From Octopus vulgaris (taxonomy: Eukaryota): 248,000 bases of DNA. The stretch covers positions 38,212,001 to 38,460,000 of the forward strand of contig OX597823.1 in NCBI GenBank assembly GCA_951406725.2. Direction: 5' to 3'. Below the pieces are notes generated by a model, which was not told the origin of the DNA, made no database searches, and saw nothing but the letters and a program-made list of their open reading frames with translations. Below, piece by piece: positions 163,601 through 178,999 of this stretch (within the stretch, counting starts at the first letter, position 1; each line of letters opens with the position of its first letter). Made by a program: the position numbers and the translations under genes.

Positions 163601-165454
163601 TTTTGGTCTTCTCAACGATGTTTGCATACTTTGTTGGCATAAATCAGTGAAAGCTACTAGTTCACATGCACCCCCTCTCTCTTTCACACATACACATGCA
163701 CACATGCATGCACACACACACATACAATGTACATTCATGCAATTTATTTTCTCTACTGAATCCTATTGATGAAGCATTAATTGACCTGAAGACATGATTG
163801 GATACCAACCATAACTGATTTGAATGGTACAATTAACCTATTAAATGATTTTAACAATACAGTTTACTAATTAACTTACTTTAACAATATAGGTTCCTTA
163901 TATTATGTGTTTTGTATCAAAAGTTGTACATAATTTAACTACAACTTATTGATAGTAAAAGGAGCTAAAAAGTGAAAGTAAGATTATATAAATCAAACAA
164001 AAGAAACAAGAAACACAAGGCCTTCTTGACTTTATTTTATATTGACCCACATACAAGAAAAGAATACATCACTTTTCTAGGACATTAATAATAGATTTAC
164101 TTATACATTTAAGATCTTTGTATAAATTTACTTAATCCAAAAATATTTTATCCTAGCAGTTTGCTCTTTTCTCTCCTTCACATGCAGTTTTATTATAAAA
164201 TTTAATGTTGGTTTGCCAAATTGTTTTGTTAGATTAAAATACAAACCAATATTATTTCTTAACATGCTGATTACATTGTATTAACTTTTTTTGCCAAGCA
164301 GCATGATTAAATTTTGTTGGAATGAGAATAATTGAAAAGTCTTTTATCAACCTTAGTATAATGAAATGTGGAAGTTGACTCTTACAAGATTTGAACTAAA
164401 AATTTGGAAGTTTGCAACTAAATGTTTTAGTACAGTGAAACTTTATTTCTGATTTTGGCTATTCATTTTTTGGAGAAAAAAAAGAGCATAATCTACATAA
164501 CTTATTGCAGCATTTTGTAAACTTTTTAGCCTTGAGTAACCCTTGAAATACATTACATGTTTCAGGAAACCCCTGCTTAAAAATTATGCATCTTCGTTCA
164601 TTTTTTTTTTCTATTACATTAAATAAAATTTCATAAGACAGTAAGCAAATCATAAAACTATCATTATGACTTAACTAAGTAGTTAATTAAACCAGTTTCT
164701 TCCACAATTCCATCTTTGGAGTTAATTTTTTTCTCTGTGGAGTCACCCTACTATCTACAGATGCCATTACTTACCTACCTTTAGAAATTTGCTTATATAA
164801 TAAAATTACAAGTATAGAGTTAAAGGGAAAAATTACTTTAAAATATATTTACATAAAATTAACCTGTTATGTAATTAATTATTTCTCACAAGAGCTTTTG
164901 CAATCTCTTGTTGAACTCTAACATTCTGGGGAAACCTTGGTTAAGAAATGCTGATGTATTATATAAGCTATTATCAGCTCAGTTCATCATTGTCACTTTT
165001 ACAACCTATTTGAACTATTAAGGCAACAGCTCTTTACAATCACTTTTGTACAATTTTGTATTTAACATCTTTTGAATATCTTTTTTTATCATTATTCTTT
165101 TAAAAGATTCTCCTATTGAATTTTCATGATATTGCAATATGTAATCTTTGACAAATAAGCTATTATGCTGCTTAGGATTACAGAATACAATATATTTGAA
165201 TATTTTTGATTGTGTGATCATAACTGTTTTATTAGATATACAATACGGTAATTTCAAAATAAATATATTCTTGATGTATAATTTACTCATTTATTTAGTT
165301 TATTTAAAGAAGAATGCTTAATGTTTTTTTTTAGTGATTTAAGATTTTGAAATATAGAATATTTTAATTTAAAGGACGAAACTTTTTTCAGATGTTGCTG
165401 CAATATTATTATAAATTATATTAGTATAACATATATATATATATATATACTATG

Positions 165455-165494
<40 letters not shown>

Positions 165495-168400
165495 TAGTAA
165501 TAATAATATATATGTATATATTATAATAGTACATTTCTTTCCAGCCTAATACTGGTTTTTATTTTATCATAGGTTTTTAAATATCCATTTCCACCATTTC
165601 TATATGTAAGTGTTAAAAATAATTTCATGTTGCTATTTCTAGTCTTTTTTTTTTTATTAGTTTTCTTCCTACTAATAAATAACATGCCTCTAGGACTGTT
165701 TTATTTGAGATTCAGACATATTGATGTGGGTGATAACTTCCATCTATGATCTTTCTGTAGAAATATTTTATTGATATAGTAGTTTCCAAGTATACATTTT
165801 TTTCAATTCAAAAATATTACAACTAAGAAATAAACTTCAGATTGATGCTCTTTAAGCAATATATTCATCATTATGATTTGAAATAAATATAATTTTAGAA
165901 TTTTCTATTTTCTATTTGAAGAACTTATATTTGTTTATGGTAGAATCAACAATTAGTTAAAGTATAAATTTAATTCATTATAATTTTATATGATGCAGAT
166001 GGATTTTATGATCTATATAACCTAATAGTTTATTTTATTAACTACTGAAGCTTAGTATCCTTATTTTGACCATAACTTTTTAAAGAAATGTTCCTTTCCA
166101 TTTACAGCATAAACAGTAAATAAAACTAGCAGTGATTGTTTATTTTGGGGTGAAAAAAAAACAAAAACAAATCAACATAACATATTACAATGTTATATAA
166201 ACTATTAATAACTCTATGTAATTTTTTTTATATTTCCTCATTAATAATTCTTACATTGAAATGATGAGTAAATTTCAGCATACAAAAGATGTGGTATAAA
166301 AAGAAAATACAAGAAATTAATGCTTTAATATTTATTTGCTGTAAGATTTTCGATTTTTGAATTTGTAATACTTCAGAAGCAGAAACAGGGGAGGAAAAAA
166401 AGCCCATTGAGTTTCCATAATCACTTTTATTATATCTTCCACTACTTTTCTAATGTTATCATTATTATCATCATCAATTTTATTATGAAAATGATTATTT
166501 TCCATGTTGGCATGGGTTGACAAGGACTTTATTTATATATTCTACTTACAATCATTAATAATCTTTTAAGATCTAATCAAACTTCTACCTTTCAGATTTC
166601 TTTCACCTAACCATAAAACTATAACAGTACCTGACATGTTCACTTTACAACCATATTTCTAGGTTCAATTCTATTTTGCATCACCTTGGTCAATTGCATA
166701 TTTATCCACTTAATAGAAATCAATAACATAAGTGTGCTGCTAAAATAAGCATTGGGATTGACTAAATACCTTGAAAGAGGTTCCCTGACTGAAACCAATT
166801 ATGAAACATCTGTATTTTATTTACCCTCTATTGCTACTCTACATTATATTATCATCCGGTATTCACCCTCAAATAGTATTATACAACAATAATTTTTCTT
166901 ATCTTCATTATTTCTTGTGCTGTTAACAAGTGTACCTTACTGGAAAAATCTGTCCATCAGTTTTTATTGTCATATTTCATTGAACAATCATACCTCATTT
167001 AATCTGTTCTTTGTAAATGAAGGAAGTTCATTTATAATAACTTTGCTCATGTTTGTTCCTCACCCCATGCACATGCTAATGTTAAGTCATTTCAATGATA
167101 CAATGATTCTACTTTCAATGATCCTTGATTATCTTATTCTTTTAATTGCATGACATATAAATTATATCTCTGTATCTCCTCTCTACCAAGTCACTGAGTT
167201 TATGCTTCCTGTTTCACATACTAAATAGGGAAATTTCTTTTCTTTCTTTCTTTTCATAACTTAGTTGATGTTTGAAAGTACCATCTATAAATACATATCT
167301 TAAAATTTGAAATCCTTGGATTTCAAATTTATTCTGTAGTTCCTGTGTTGACATTTCTTTGCAATGTTTCAAGTATTAGGCCAAATATAGACCCATGCAG
167401 CATCACATAAAAGCACCTGTGCAGTATCACATAAAAGCACCCATGTAGCATCACATAAAGCATCCGTGTAGCGCCATGTAAAAGTACCCATGTGGCATCA
167501 CATACCCATACAGTGCCATGTGAAAGCACCCAGCACACTCTGTAAAGTGGTTGGCATTAGAAAGGGCATCCAGCCATAGAAATAATGTCAAATCAGACTG
167601 GAGTCTGGTGCGCCCCCCCCCCCCCAGCTTGCCAGCTCTGGTCACACTGTTCAACCCATGCCAGCATGAACAATGGACATTAAATGATGATGATGATGAT
167701 GTGGAACCTACTACGTTGATACAAATCTATTAAAACTCTTGTTGTTTTGTACCAAGTCTTTCCTAATGGAGAAAATCTGTGATTAAAGGAATTCTAGCCA
167801 TGACTATCTCATCTTTCTATGTAACAAGGACTTCATTGTCCAATGTATTGTTCTTATTTTAAAACTCTAGGGTGTGATTTGAGAGAGATTTCACTTGTTA
167901 TTTCTAGCTATCCAAGTAACTGTGTAGAGGCTCTCTTGATGGCTCAATTAAGACTTTGATTTACTGTACTATAAACTGCTATAGAATTAAAGAATTGTTT
168001 CATTTAATTTAGTGCAACAAATTATTTTCAACCCATAATGTTATTTTATTTGTTTTCCTTTTTACTGTGGGATATATAACTTTTTGTTATTTATCAAAAT
168101 ACTCTTAAAACAATCATTACTCTATACTAATACAACAGAAAATGTCTTCCATTCTCTGTTGTGAAAACAACATAAAAAAGAATTAGTCACAGCAAATATA
168201 ATGAAATGACAATAAGTATTGTACTACAGTAGTAATATAGTAACAGGATTATAGGAGTTTTCAAACGTTTTAATGGTAAATAGCAGTGTGTTGTGTGACA
168301 TTGCTGGGAGAAAAACTGTTTTTGACCCTGGTTATTTGTTTAAAAGCAGCTGTCAGATCTTCAAGTTGTAGTGAGTGATTTGAACAATATCTTAATATGA

Positions 168401-169540
168401 TTCAGAATTCTTCCTATACACAGTGGATTGGTTAAACTCTTCTATACATGGGAGTATACCATATTTGTGTTAACAGTCACTATAAATTGTAAATCCCTCT
168501 TGCCCAAATATGAACTAGTTACTATCATACACTGCAATGTATCTGAATGCTGACAATTGTGCATTAATAAATGTTGGTAAATCTTGAAGATGACAATTTC
168601 ATTGTCCTAAGAAAATACTGATCTTGTTTGGTTCCCCCCACCCACCTCCTGGTCTAACCTATGATCAAAGATATTCCAGTATTGACCATCTTATCTTTTG
168701 TATATTTAGGATCACCTTGTTCAGTGTGTCCTCCATGTTTTAAGACATAAAGGTATGATAGGATGGAATCTGGTTGTTATTTGTTGCTGGTCAATCTACT
168801 GCATAGATATTCTCTTACTGGTTCATTCATCACTAGGGAACCTTAACAGACTAAATCATTTCTATGATCTGGATGCTAAGAAACTGGAATACACAAACTT
168901 TTCCCCCCTCATTCTTGCTGCTGTTGATGGAAAATATACAACCTGTGGCACACCACTTCTTGAGAAAGGTTGGTCTATGTCTGCACTGTAACCTAAGTCC
169001 TTGATCTTTTAATGCTATTTGTTAGGTTATTATTAGGGCTTAAATTAATAACAACCTGACAAATGATAATGTGAGTAAACATGTCTCCCTCTCTTATTTG
169101 TTATTGTAAATGTTATTTGCAAACATTGATACTCATAGAGGTGTAGATTAGAGAAGAGTATAGTGTAAGGAGTTCAGAACACAGCTTTGTGCTGAAACAC
169201 TCATTTATTTTGCTGCAATAAAGAAAATTAATCTACATCCTTAATCCATACTTTATTGTGTGTGTATGTGTGTTTCTTAAGAGAAAATATGTTTGTTATT
169301 CATTATTCTGTTAATTACTATAATTTCTAAAATAAGTAAATTATTTTGAGTTTTTAGTTGCATGAAGTTAAAGCAGTTTTATTTTTACTTGCTATTATCC
169401 TTGTACTAATGTACACACATTGAATGACATCTATTTTCCTAATTTATTTCTTCTAGTTTAACATTTTGTAGATTAGTTCATCATTTTATTGCATCAACCA
169501 TGATTTTCATAAATAATATTCATTTCACAAATAAACATAG

Positions 169541-169606
169541 GATTTACCTGGAGATGTAGACAGTGTATTTGCGGAAGGTGATAAAGAAAACAGTCTAACT
169601 ACACAA
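169541..169606 (+). CDS. Second coding exon of the host gene (DLPGDVDSVFAEGDKENSLTTQ)
   Basis: acatag|GAT...CAA|gtaagt; 66 nt, phase 0/0, stays in frame with the 153.3 kb exon. Confidence 0.65.
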
Positions 169607-172600
169607 GTAAGTATTTTTCATTCTGCATGGGTCACTCTCATATTCTGCTCATTGTACAGTTTTATAAATCTTGTCTCAGATTATTTCTTTATCTGTGATC
169701 AATGTTTCCTTTAGCTAAGCAGTTTGATTCCTTGAAAATCATTCAATTATATATTGTTATAGATAATTCCTATGATAAAAATTTCAAAAATTTGAGGCAA
169801 TTATCTAACAGAATTTTACTATAATAAATTCACTTAGAAGAAGAATATATATTCAAAGTAGAAAAGTTATGGAGACAGATACTTTGATATCAACTACTGT
169901 TTGCTATTGTGATGGAATGGAAAATAAACCACATTCTAGTTATTTCATTGTTGCTGTTAGCAATTAATGTGAAAATATTTAAAGCATCAGGGTTTGTTTG
170001 ATCAATCATTTCTTCTTTTGTAATAAACTGATTTCAGAAATCTAGAAATGGGAATTTTAAAACATTAATATGTATTTGTTCTTCACATAGCACCTAGATA
170101 ATGTTTGAAGCTGTAACCAAAAGTTTGGCTTTCATTTCACAATTCACCGACATATATATATATATCAATAAATTGTGAAATGAAGGCTAAACTTTTGTTA
170201 ACTATGGGACAAATTATTTTCCCGATATTGCTGCAGCATTTTTTTTTTTTTTAGTTAGTAATAATTGCAGTTAATAGCAATATAAACTGAAAAACTTTTG
170301 TTTATTTTCCTGTCTGAGAAGATGGTAGTTATAAGGTGTGGTGATAAAGCAACTGCCTCCATATATAAACTCATTTTCTTTTATTGAGAACTGATATATA
170401 GCTTTCTCATAGTCATAATTATGGAAACTTTTCCATTTATTCAAAGATTAGTCTTACCTTCTCATTTTCAATATCTTAAAAATCAACATTATTATCAAAA
170501 ATCTTTCATGGACACTTCATTATAAAATCTGAAAGCAAACATTTCGATAACATATATTGTTGCCATTTAATCATTTTTCTCTTCATATTTTAAACTCAAA
170601 AATTCTCTGAAAAATGTAATTTTGTAAATTCATAAAGAAAATCACAAATTTCTCAGTAAACCTTCAGAAATATAATGAAAAAATATCCAAAGTAAATATT
170701 TGAAGTAAATAATATTCCTCCCTTTCACTAAGCTGTATATCATGTAAATTCTATATATAGTATTTGTTTGTGCTTGTGTATAATCATTGTTTTCACATAA
170801 ATGGCCTTTTTTGGTAGCATTTTAATGATTCACTGAGCTGCAATAGTCTATCTCTGTAATTTGTGTTGTGTTTTCAGTGTTCAAATAAAATTAGTGAAAT
170901 CTCACTCTACAAGCTTTATATTTTATTCAGTGTTTTGTAGTTAGATCAGTTTGAGATAAATATCAGTTGTGAAAAGTTAGAAATAAAAGACAAATTAACA
171001 ATTATATGAAATCCTCATTTAGAAGTTTTGTAACATGAAAACCTGATGACTCATAACAAAAGTATAATCGTTAACATCTATTTTGATAAATGTCTAATAT
171101 ATCAAATGAATATCATGAAGTTTTGGTTATTTTTTTCAACATTATGAAAATAGAAATGAAAAAATTTATATAATTGTTAATTTTCTGCTTAATTTATTAC
171201 ATTTGATGTTTGTCTTTATTTCTCTGTGGTTTTCTAAATAGTTGAGTGTTGTGTATTGATGACTCATTTTCTTTAGTTTGGTACAATGTCAGCAACTTTG
171301 AAGAAACTCTTGTAAACAAGTAACTCTTTCAACAGTATTCGTGATTTGAAGAACTAAAACCATTCTGTCACTCTCTGTGCCGCTCATGCTCTCATTCATT
171401 TACTCTTTCTCCTCTCTCCATCCTCTCTTTCTTTTTTCTCTCACCTCCATACATATCATATATTTAACAAAGTTTTAAAATTAGAGATTCTCTAATCAAA
171501 AAAGCTAAGAAAGAAATATATCTGTGGAACATATTGATGTTTCTTGTAATATTGGTTACTACAAGCCATGTGTTGTAATTAAAACCTAAATGTAATCAGT
171601 ATAAAGTGTTCTACTTTAATCAGGTAGGTAGTTAACGTGCATGTATTAGTTTTTGTTATCCGTAATTCTTTGTGAAATTGAAAAGATTTTCTTCCATAAG
171701 CAGTAAAATTTATCCAATGTTGCACAACTTGCTGTAGCTGACTTAATTAGATTTTAATATTTTCTATGTGTCATAAATTCTCATTATTAATGTAGTGTCT
171801 GTCACAATATTTCAATGAACTATTGTAGTTTTTGCTACTGTTTACTACCAATCATCCAGAAATTATTTTGAGCAGTACTGTAATTATAAATATAAAAAGC
171901 TTCATATATACAATTGTTATTTTGATAATTCATTCAGAAATATCAATATATATATATGCATGCACACAAATACACACACACATTATTGCATTGACAGTAC
172001 TTTTTCTATTGATAAAATAAAATACTGCCAGAATCTGAAATTTTCTTGTTATTGAAAATTAAATTGTTTATTTCACCAATATCATCTTAATATTATTTTT
172101 TCTTTTTTTGTCATTTTGACAGAAATTTTGTATTTCATGATGAAAATATTTGGAGTGCCACTGTCATAATTTTAGTCTGTCTAGAATGTTATATAAATGT
172201 TAAAAAATAAATTGGATAAAATTATGGATAAAATTTTCAGATCCAATTCAGATCCAATTCAGCTTTGTAAATTTTATTTTAAGTTCCTCTTTAACTGTCA
172301 AATAATATAAAATTGAGGTAAAGCAGCAACTCAGTTTGAAGTTCTGTATGAATTTTAAAATTATTGTTAGAGTTTATAACATATTTTTCTCTCTGAACTA
172401 CCTAAAGTATATTATACTTCTGGGTCTAAAGAGATTAAGACATTGTTGAAAACTCCTTCATATCAAAACTTCTGTTTGGAAAAACCTATTTAATATTTAT
172501 AACCTGTCAATATTATTAACTCTAATAACATTCAATATTATTATTTTTGTTGCAACTTTTTTATGTTTTAATTACATTCATCGTATGTTTCAAACATTAA

Positions 172601-175041
172601 ACAGACTTTGACATAGCCACTTTTGTACAAGTATGTTATATGTCATTCTGTGTTATTTAATATCAAATGTTGCTTATTATATTTCTTTATTCCATTCATT
172701 TAGTTATAGTGAAACAAAATGAACATTTTAAAGGAATATGAAACTAAGTCTTTTGTTTTTCAAGACAAATGTCCTCATCAGAGGGAATGTCCTTATTAAC
172801 CATTATTGAGAGAAATGGAAATAGAAAGTACATACCTCACTCCATTTATAAGTTGATCCTTGTTTTTGGAATCAACTTGTTAGCATATCAACTTCTGTTT
172901 CTTAATAAAATGGACTGTACTATTTGCAGCTTCACACCATCTGAATTGTTTACCAAATTCTGCAATGTTTTTTTTGTCCATCTCTCTGTATATGAAGGTT
173001 GCACTTGAATGTGTTGATAAACTATTCACTTTTTCTATCCTAGCTGGCAACTGGTAGAACAGCTTCACAAACTTGCCCAAACTAGTTTGATCAACACCAG
173101 TTAAATTTGAATGTCTATTCAGTGTATACCAGCATCATATTAGCCAAGGCTATACATTCTGTCCTTTACTTCTTGGAAAGATGCCCATATGGTCAACTAA
173201 TGCTCTAGACAGCACATCGTGTTACATTATTAAAAGAATGTGGACAATGACCTAATGCTATTTCCAGAGATAAGATCTGAAAGAAATACACCACTTTCAG
173301 TTATTACTCAGCTTAATCAATTCCACTGCATACTTGAACTGAGGCTGGGTGGTAATATGTAGTCTACTCAAAACAAAGGAAGATATATCTTCCTTTACTC
173401 AGCATTTGTAAACCTTTAGAACCTGAACTCCATGTGTGAACAAATGAAATTGCCCTCCACATCACCATTTCTAATGGGATTTAATATATAATATATCATA
173501 CAGAGAGATTTGGGACTCTTGTCTACAAAAGGCTGTGAGCCAGACTTTGTGACTGTAGATTATCAAATACTGTTATGAACTAGTCTGCTATCAAAGGGAA
173601 AAGGAACAACAATTATTTGACTTCTTTTAATCATTACTACTGTAGAGGAAGCTTGGAGAACTGGTTAAAAGGCAATAATGAACTTCCATCTGACATGGAT
173701 ATTTGTGCTGAAAATGTTTACAAGTTTTTACTGTTAAAAGTATTTGCTTTTACAAGGCCCTTGATACACTGTTATTTAAATGCCCCACACACATACACCT
173801 TACTTTCACATTGTTTCTTGTTCATCACTAACTTTCAACATAACTGTACTGACTTCTTTTCCAGGTCGTGTTAATATGTTTCATGATAAACACCCAACAA
173901 TTATCAGATAATCTTTATTAAAAAAGAAACCCTACTCCTTGGTGAAAGTCTGTCTTTGACAGTGTTATATAATTTTAAAAAATGAGGTGGATGTTATAAA
174001 AAATATTGTTATGCACAGTTGTTTGAAATTGAGCTTTCAGATAGTGAATTAGTGACAGACATCTTATTGATATATTATCTGATTTTGGTTTGACGAATTG
174101 ACTGTATAAGTCACAACAGTGAACAGTTTCTGGCTAGTAAATTTAAAAACAGTTTTTTGCTTGGATGTATTCTAAAGAGCTGTTACAAAATCCAACAAGA
174201 AATCAAAATTCATGGTTAGAAAGGCAATACAATGTCATTACTTTACTCCTAATTTTTTTCCATGCTAGGATGAGTTAGATGAATATTATGGCACCTCACT
174301 GCTTGTTGCAGTATTTCATCATTTGGCACATACAGCAAAATTAATCTTTGCTTTTGTGTATAATGTAGTTTTTCTTTAGAGTAGGTTGGAGCATAGTTTT
174401 TACAGCTAGGTATTCTTCCTTTCACCATCCACTTCACAACCCAGATTGAATGTATTTTATTGAACCACTGATACTAGAAAGATTTTCTACAGCACAGCTA
174501 AACAGTCCTATCTGCATTATATCATTTTTTATTCCAACTTAATATTCTCCAAGACAAGTTGTTGGCACTACAACTTGCAGAGTCATGTCTCCTCTGGCTG
174601 TATTTTTATTTTTATTTTTTTTGAAGTGGTGACAATTTATTTTATTGGCTTCGGTTCACAAAAAGAATTGTTAAAAACAGATTTCTATGTTGACTGTTTT
174701 GATTTTATCTAATAAATAACCTGTTACAAAGTAGTTTCTTACATCATCCCATATTTCATTATTAAAGAATTAATTTTTGTAAATTAATAGAAATTTCTAA
174801 GGATCAATTATGGCTTATTGGGTTGGTTAAAAATTGAAATTTTATTTGGTAAAAGTATTTATTACTGTAGTGTTATTCATTAAAACCATTTTTTCTAGTA
174901 CTTTGCTTTGTTTTTTTATCATTTCAAGTTATTTAAGCATAAATGAGATCAACTGTTGAAATGAACATTTTACAACTCAGCTATGAATTGTAAAGATATT
175001 CTCAACAAAATAGTAAAGATATTCTCAACAAAATAGTAAAG

Positions 175042-175072
<31 letters not shown>

Positions 175073-176951
175073 TAATATAAAAACAAAATTGTAACAAAGT
175101 GAAAAATATAAATATTGTATATATAATTCAAATGTTAAAGAAACCTCTGACTCGCTCTGTTTAATTTAGTTAAATTTGTTTTAAATTAGTTTTTATTTAA
175201 TGAGAAATTGTGGATAGTCTGGGATTTATTCAAACAATGCAGGTCCCTTATATTTTATGATCCCAACTTTATAAAATCCATCTGTGTGAACAAACAAACA
175301 TAGGCATGTGTGTGCTTACAGAGAGAGGGGTGGGGGAGAAAGCAAAAAGAGAAGGTAAAATATTTGTAAATTATTTTTATTCCTGTTATGCTTTTGTTCT
175401 GGCTTGCAACAAACTTCTATTTTAATGTTATGAAATGAAGAAAAGATACAAAACAAAACAAACTGAAAATTGAAAGAAAACACTTGATTACAAATGTAAA
175501 ACTATTCACTTCATCTTTTGTGTGAAACTACTTCAAAAGAAAGTTTACTCCTTTCATGTACACTTAAACATAAACATATTCTGCTATTTATTGAAAATTT
175601 CTCATAGCAATAGCCAGTAATCAATATGTTGAACCCTTCTCAATACCTTAATCTTTTAAATCTGTAAATCTTCCACTTAATACTGTTTGGTAAATTTCTT
175701 TTGACCAATATTGCATCCAACCACCTTAGGGGAAGAGCAGTGATCAATACACTTGTGCCCCATTTCAGTAATGCTTTTAAAAGCATGGTATGTCATGTGA
175801 AGTTGCACAATGAAGTTAGTCCTTTCTAAAAGACAAAACCTATTTTAAAACTGAAAATTTAATGAAATATTAACAAAACTGTGCAAAAGATATTTCACAG
175901 GAAAATTACAGACATTTTGTACATCTGTCTGGTTTATTAAATCATCATAGTAGACATCAACAGTTCAAAGATAGGATCTACATATATAATATTTTAATAT
176001 CTATATACACTTACCTGCAGTTAATTTTACATTCAAATTACTATAAAAAATTCTACATCAGCTATTTTCATGATCATATCTTAGTTTAACCATTCAGTTT
176101 TAATAATAATGTGAACATTTGAAACACTTTTTTCCTTTTTAAGTTTAGTTAGCTTCAAAATCTTATTTTACTATTTGCTAATATATTTTCAGAGCAACTT
176201 TCTCAGCTATTGTTTTGTAGTTTGTTATTCTATTTCTGTATCTGAGATTGAAATTTCATTTATAGTAAGATTAACGTCACTGACTTTACTTTTTGTGTAT
176301 ATATTTACATCATCGTCATTGTCATCCTCGCTGTTGCTGTCACTGTCTTTTAATTCTACTCAAAATAATACTGACTTTTTTCCTCCTTACCACTGACAGC
176401 CATCTGATTCTCTTCATAGTCTGTCCACTGTCCTTCCTTATGTTAATTGTTATCTTTTCCTGTTTGTTTATCTATTTGGTCAGTAACTAAGCATCTCAGA
176501 TCTCAATATAAGTAGACCAAATCACATTTATACACAATGCTGCGGGCAAGATTAAATTTGTGATTTACTGTTGAAAAGACTATTTTGTTGATCGCTTGCA
176601 TACAATATTGATCTTTAGTCTTTAGTTAACTCTTTCTACATCCATCTCAATTATGGAATGGAAACATAGGATTCTTTGAAAACAGTTCGAATAGAACTGT
176701 TTTCAAAGAAAAGCTTTAGTGAAAATATATAAAAATGCATGAATATTATGGGTTAAAACTGTCCTGTAACATCTGAGAAGTTTCCTTGATATATGTTCTG
176801 AAAGCAGGATGTAGGCAGGAAATAAGTGTTGTATAGTATTTACTGATAAACACTAGCTCCTGGTTCAAAAAAAGGATTAGTTAAATCTTAGCAGTATATG
176901 ATGAAAGGCAAATGGACAACAATGCAAGATGAAACTAAAGACTGCTTGCTC

Positions 176952-176990
<39 letters not shown>

Positions 176991-178999
176991 TGCACACATT
177001 TAAACTTGAGTACAAGAAAACATCATTGAAATAGGATATATAATGAAATGGATTAAAAAAAATTATAAGCTATATAAGAAAATTTAAAAAGTAAACAAAT
177101 GTAAGCAGAAAATATATTTAAATTGACAAAATTAAAAGAAAATAATTTCTTCAAAGAAAACAAATATTTACAAAAGATCATGTATCTTGTTTAATGTTTA
177201 TTATCTTATTCCTTTATCTTTCTGCAAATTACCTATCTTTGTTGCGTATTTTAAGCTGAGATTATTAAAATTAGTTTGATTCTCTTTAATGTAAAATAAG
177301 CAAAAATATATTTTGATTGTTATATAATGAAGTCAGATAAATTCTATGTTGTTACTTAACAAATTTACAGACAAGATCAGTCAACTAAAAAATATATATA
177401 ACTTACACTAAAGTTGCTGATGTAATTTAAAATCTTGACATCAAAATCACTTTCATCTCTTCAATTTATAAACATGTTTATAATCGGTATTATGTTATGT
177501 ATTGTCAAGTTTTGATATTAAAAAACATTTTAAATTTACATAATTTTGAACCTCTGATCTGGTATAGAGATGCTGTAATTGTTGTTTAACCCCAGGTCAA
177601 ATCTGATCATATAGACCTATGATCAAAGTGTTGAAGCTATTACCATCCTGTCTCATTTTCTGATAATATATCCAATATCAAATGTGTTCTTTTAGAAGAT
177701 AGAGTATGGTTTGAGTGGAAATTAGCTGCTATTTACATAACAAATTGAGCATGCATTTAGTGATGTTTTTGTAAATGTTTTTACTCATAGAGAACCTTTG
177801 AAATACACATCTCTCAAGGAACTCCTACATAAAAATTACATTTTTAGGAGTTATTTTTAAGTAGATTCATGAAACTTTTCTCCTATTTGTTAGTTCATGT
177901 ATTGTTGTTTAGCCTCCTAGTCAGCCTGGATTGACAAGATAAACCTATTCCAACCATGGCCACCTTGTCTTTTATTCAGACATAATATATTTAGGACTTC
178001 ATTATCATATATGTTTTTCCTCTTTTTAAGACAAGTGTGTAATTTGATTAAGATTTGACTGCTATGTTTTGCAGGTCAAGCAACTATGTAGAAGCTTTGG
178101 TGTTAACTTGTTTAGTTCATATTGTTCATTATGTTGTGCTTCAGAAACCTTTGCTCTTTGGAACTTGCTAGAATTATCATCCAACTCCTTATCTGCTGTA
178201 TTTAGTTTTCCATATCCTACCACCTTTATTGCCCTTCTCTCTGCACCTTTCTGCTTCTCTTTATATTTTACATTAACAAGTCAGCATAGTCTGTCTTGGA
178301 ATTACATTTAGCTACATTTTACCTGCCAGTCATTGATCTTCTCCCCTCCATTACTTCTTTTACAAAATAATTAATACCACTCATCCATTCCTTCCGAGTC
178401 GTCTGCTCCTTTTAGAAACATTTGAAAGGAAATGGAAACTAACAAATAAGACAGATGATAGAAAGAAGAAAGAAAGAACTAACTGAGAAAACAGAAACAA
178501 CTCGGTTGACCAAACAGCAGAATATAGAGAGCTGACTTTGAAACTCAGTTATGTTTGTTTGAGTTTAGAGGAAGATCTTTATATAATAGCAGACATATCT
178601 TTAGGAAAATTATAAGTTTTCAACAGTAGTGTTATGTTGGATGGGCAACAACACCTGTCTTATTTCATAACCAGAAGATATATTTGACAGAAGTTGATAA
178701 ACATAGAAACAAAAGGACACTTTTTTCTGTATATATGTGGTGTAACTATTTGAGTGTATTCCAGTTCACTTCTATTATAGCCAATATCTGAAATTATACT
178801 GTTTGAAATTTTGGCACAATGCCAGCAATTTTAAGGAGAGGGGATTTAGTTTATTACATGAACTCCAGTACATGGCAGGTACTGAAAGGATGAAAAGCAA
178901 AGTGGACATCAGCAGGATTTGAACTCAGAACTCATTGATCACCATCATCATCATCATTATCATCATCATCATCATCTGCTTTCCATGCTGGCATAGGTT

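Noticed and set aside
172750-173450. Coding-looking stretch (minus ORF MGKFVKLFYQLPARIEK...)
   Set aside because: Multiple stops in every frame and no motif I could assign; probably an unclassified transposon fossil.
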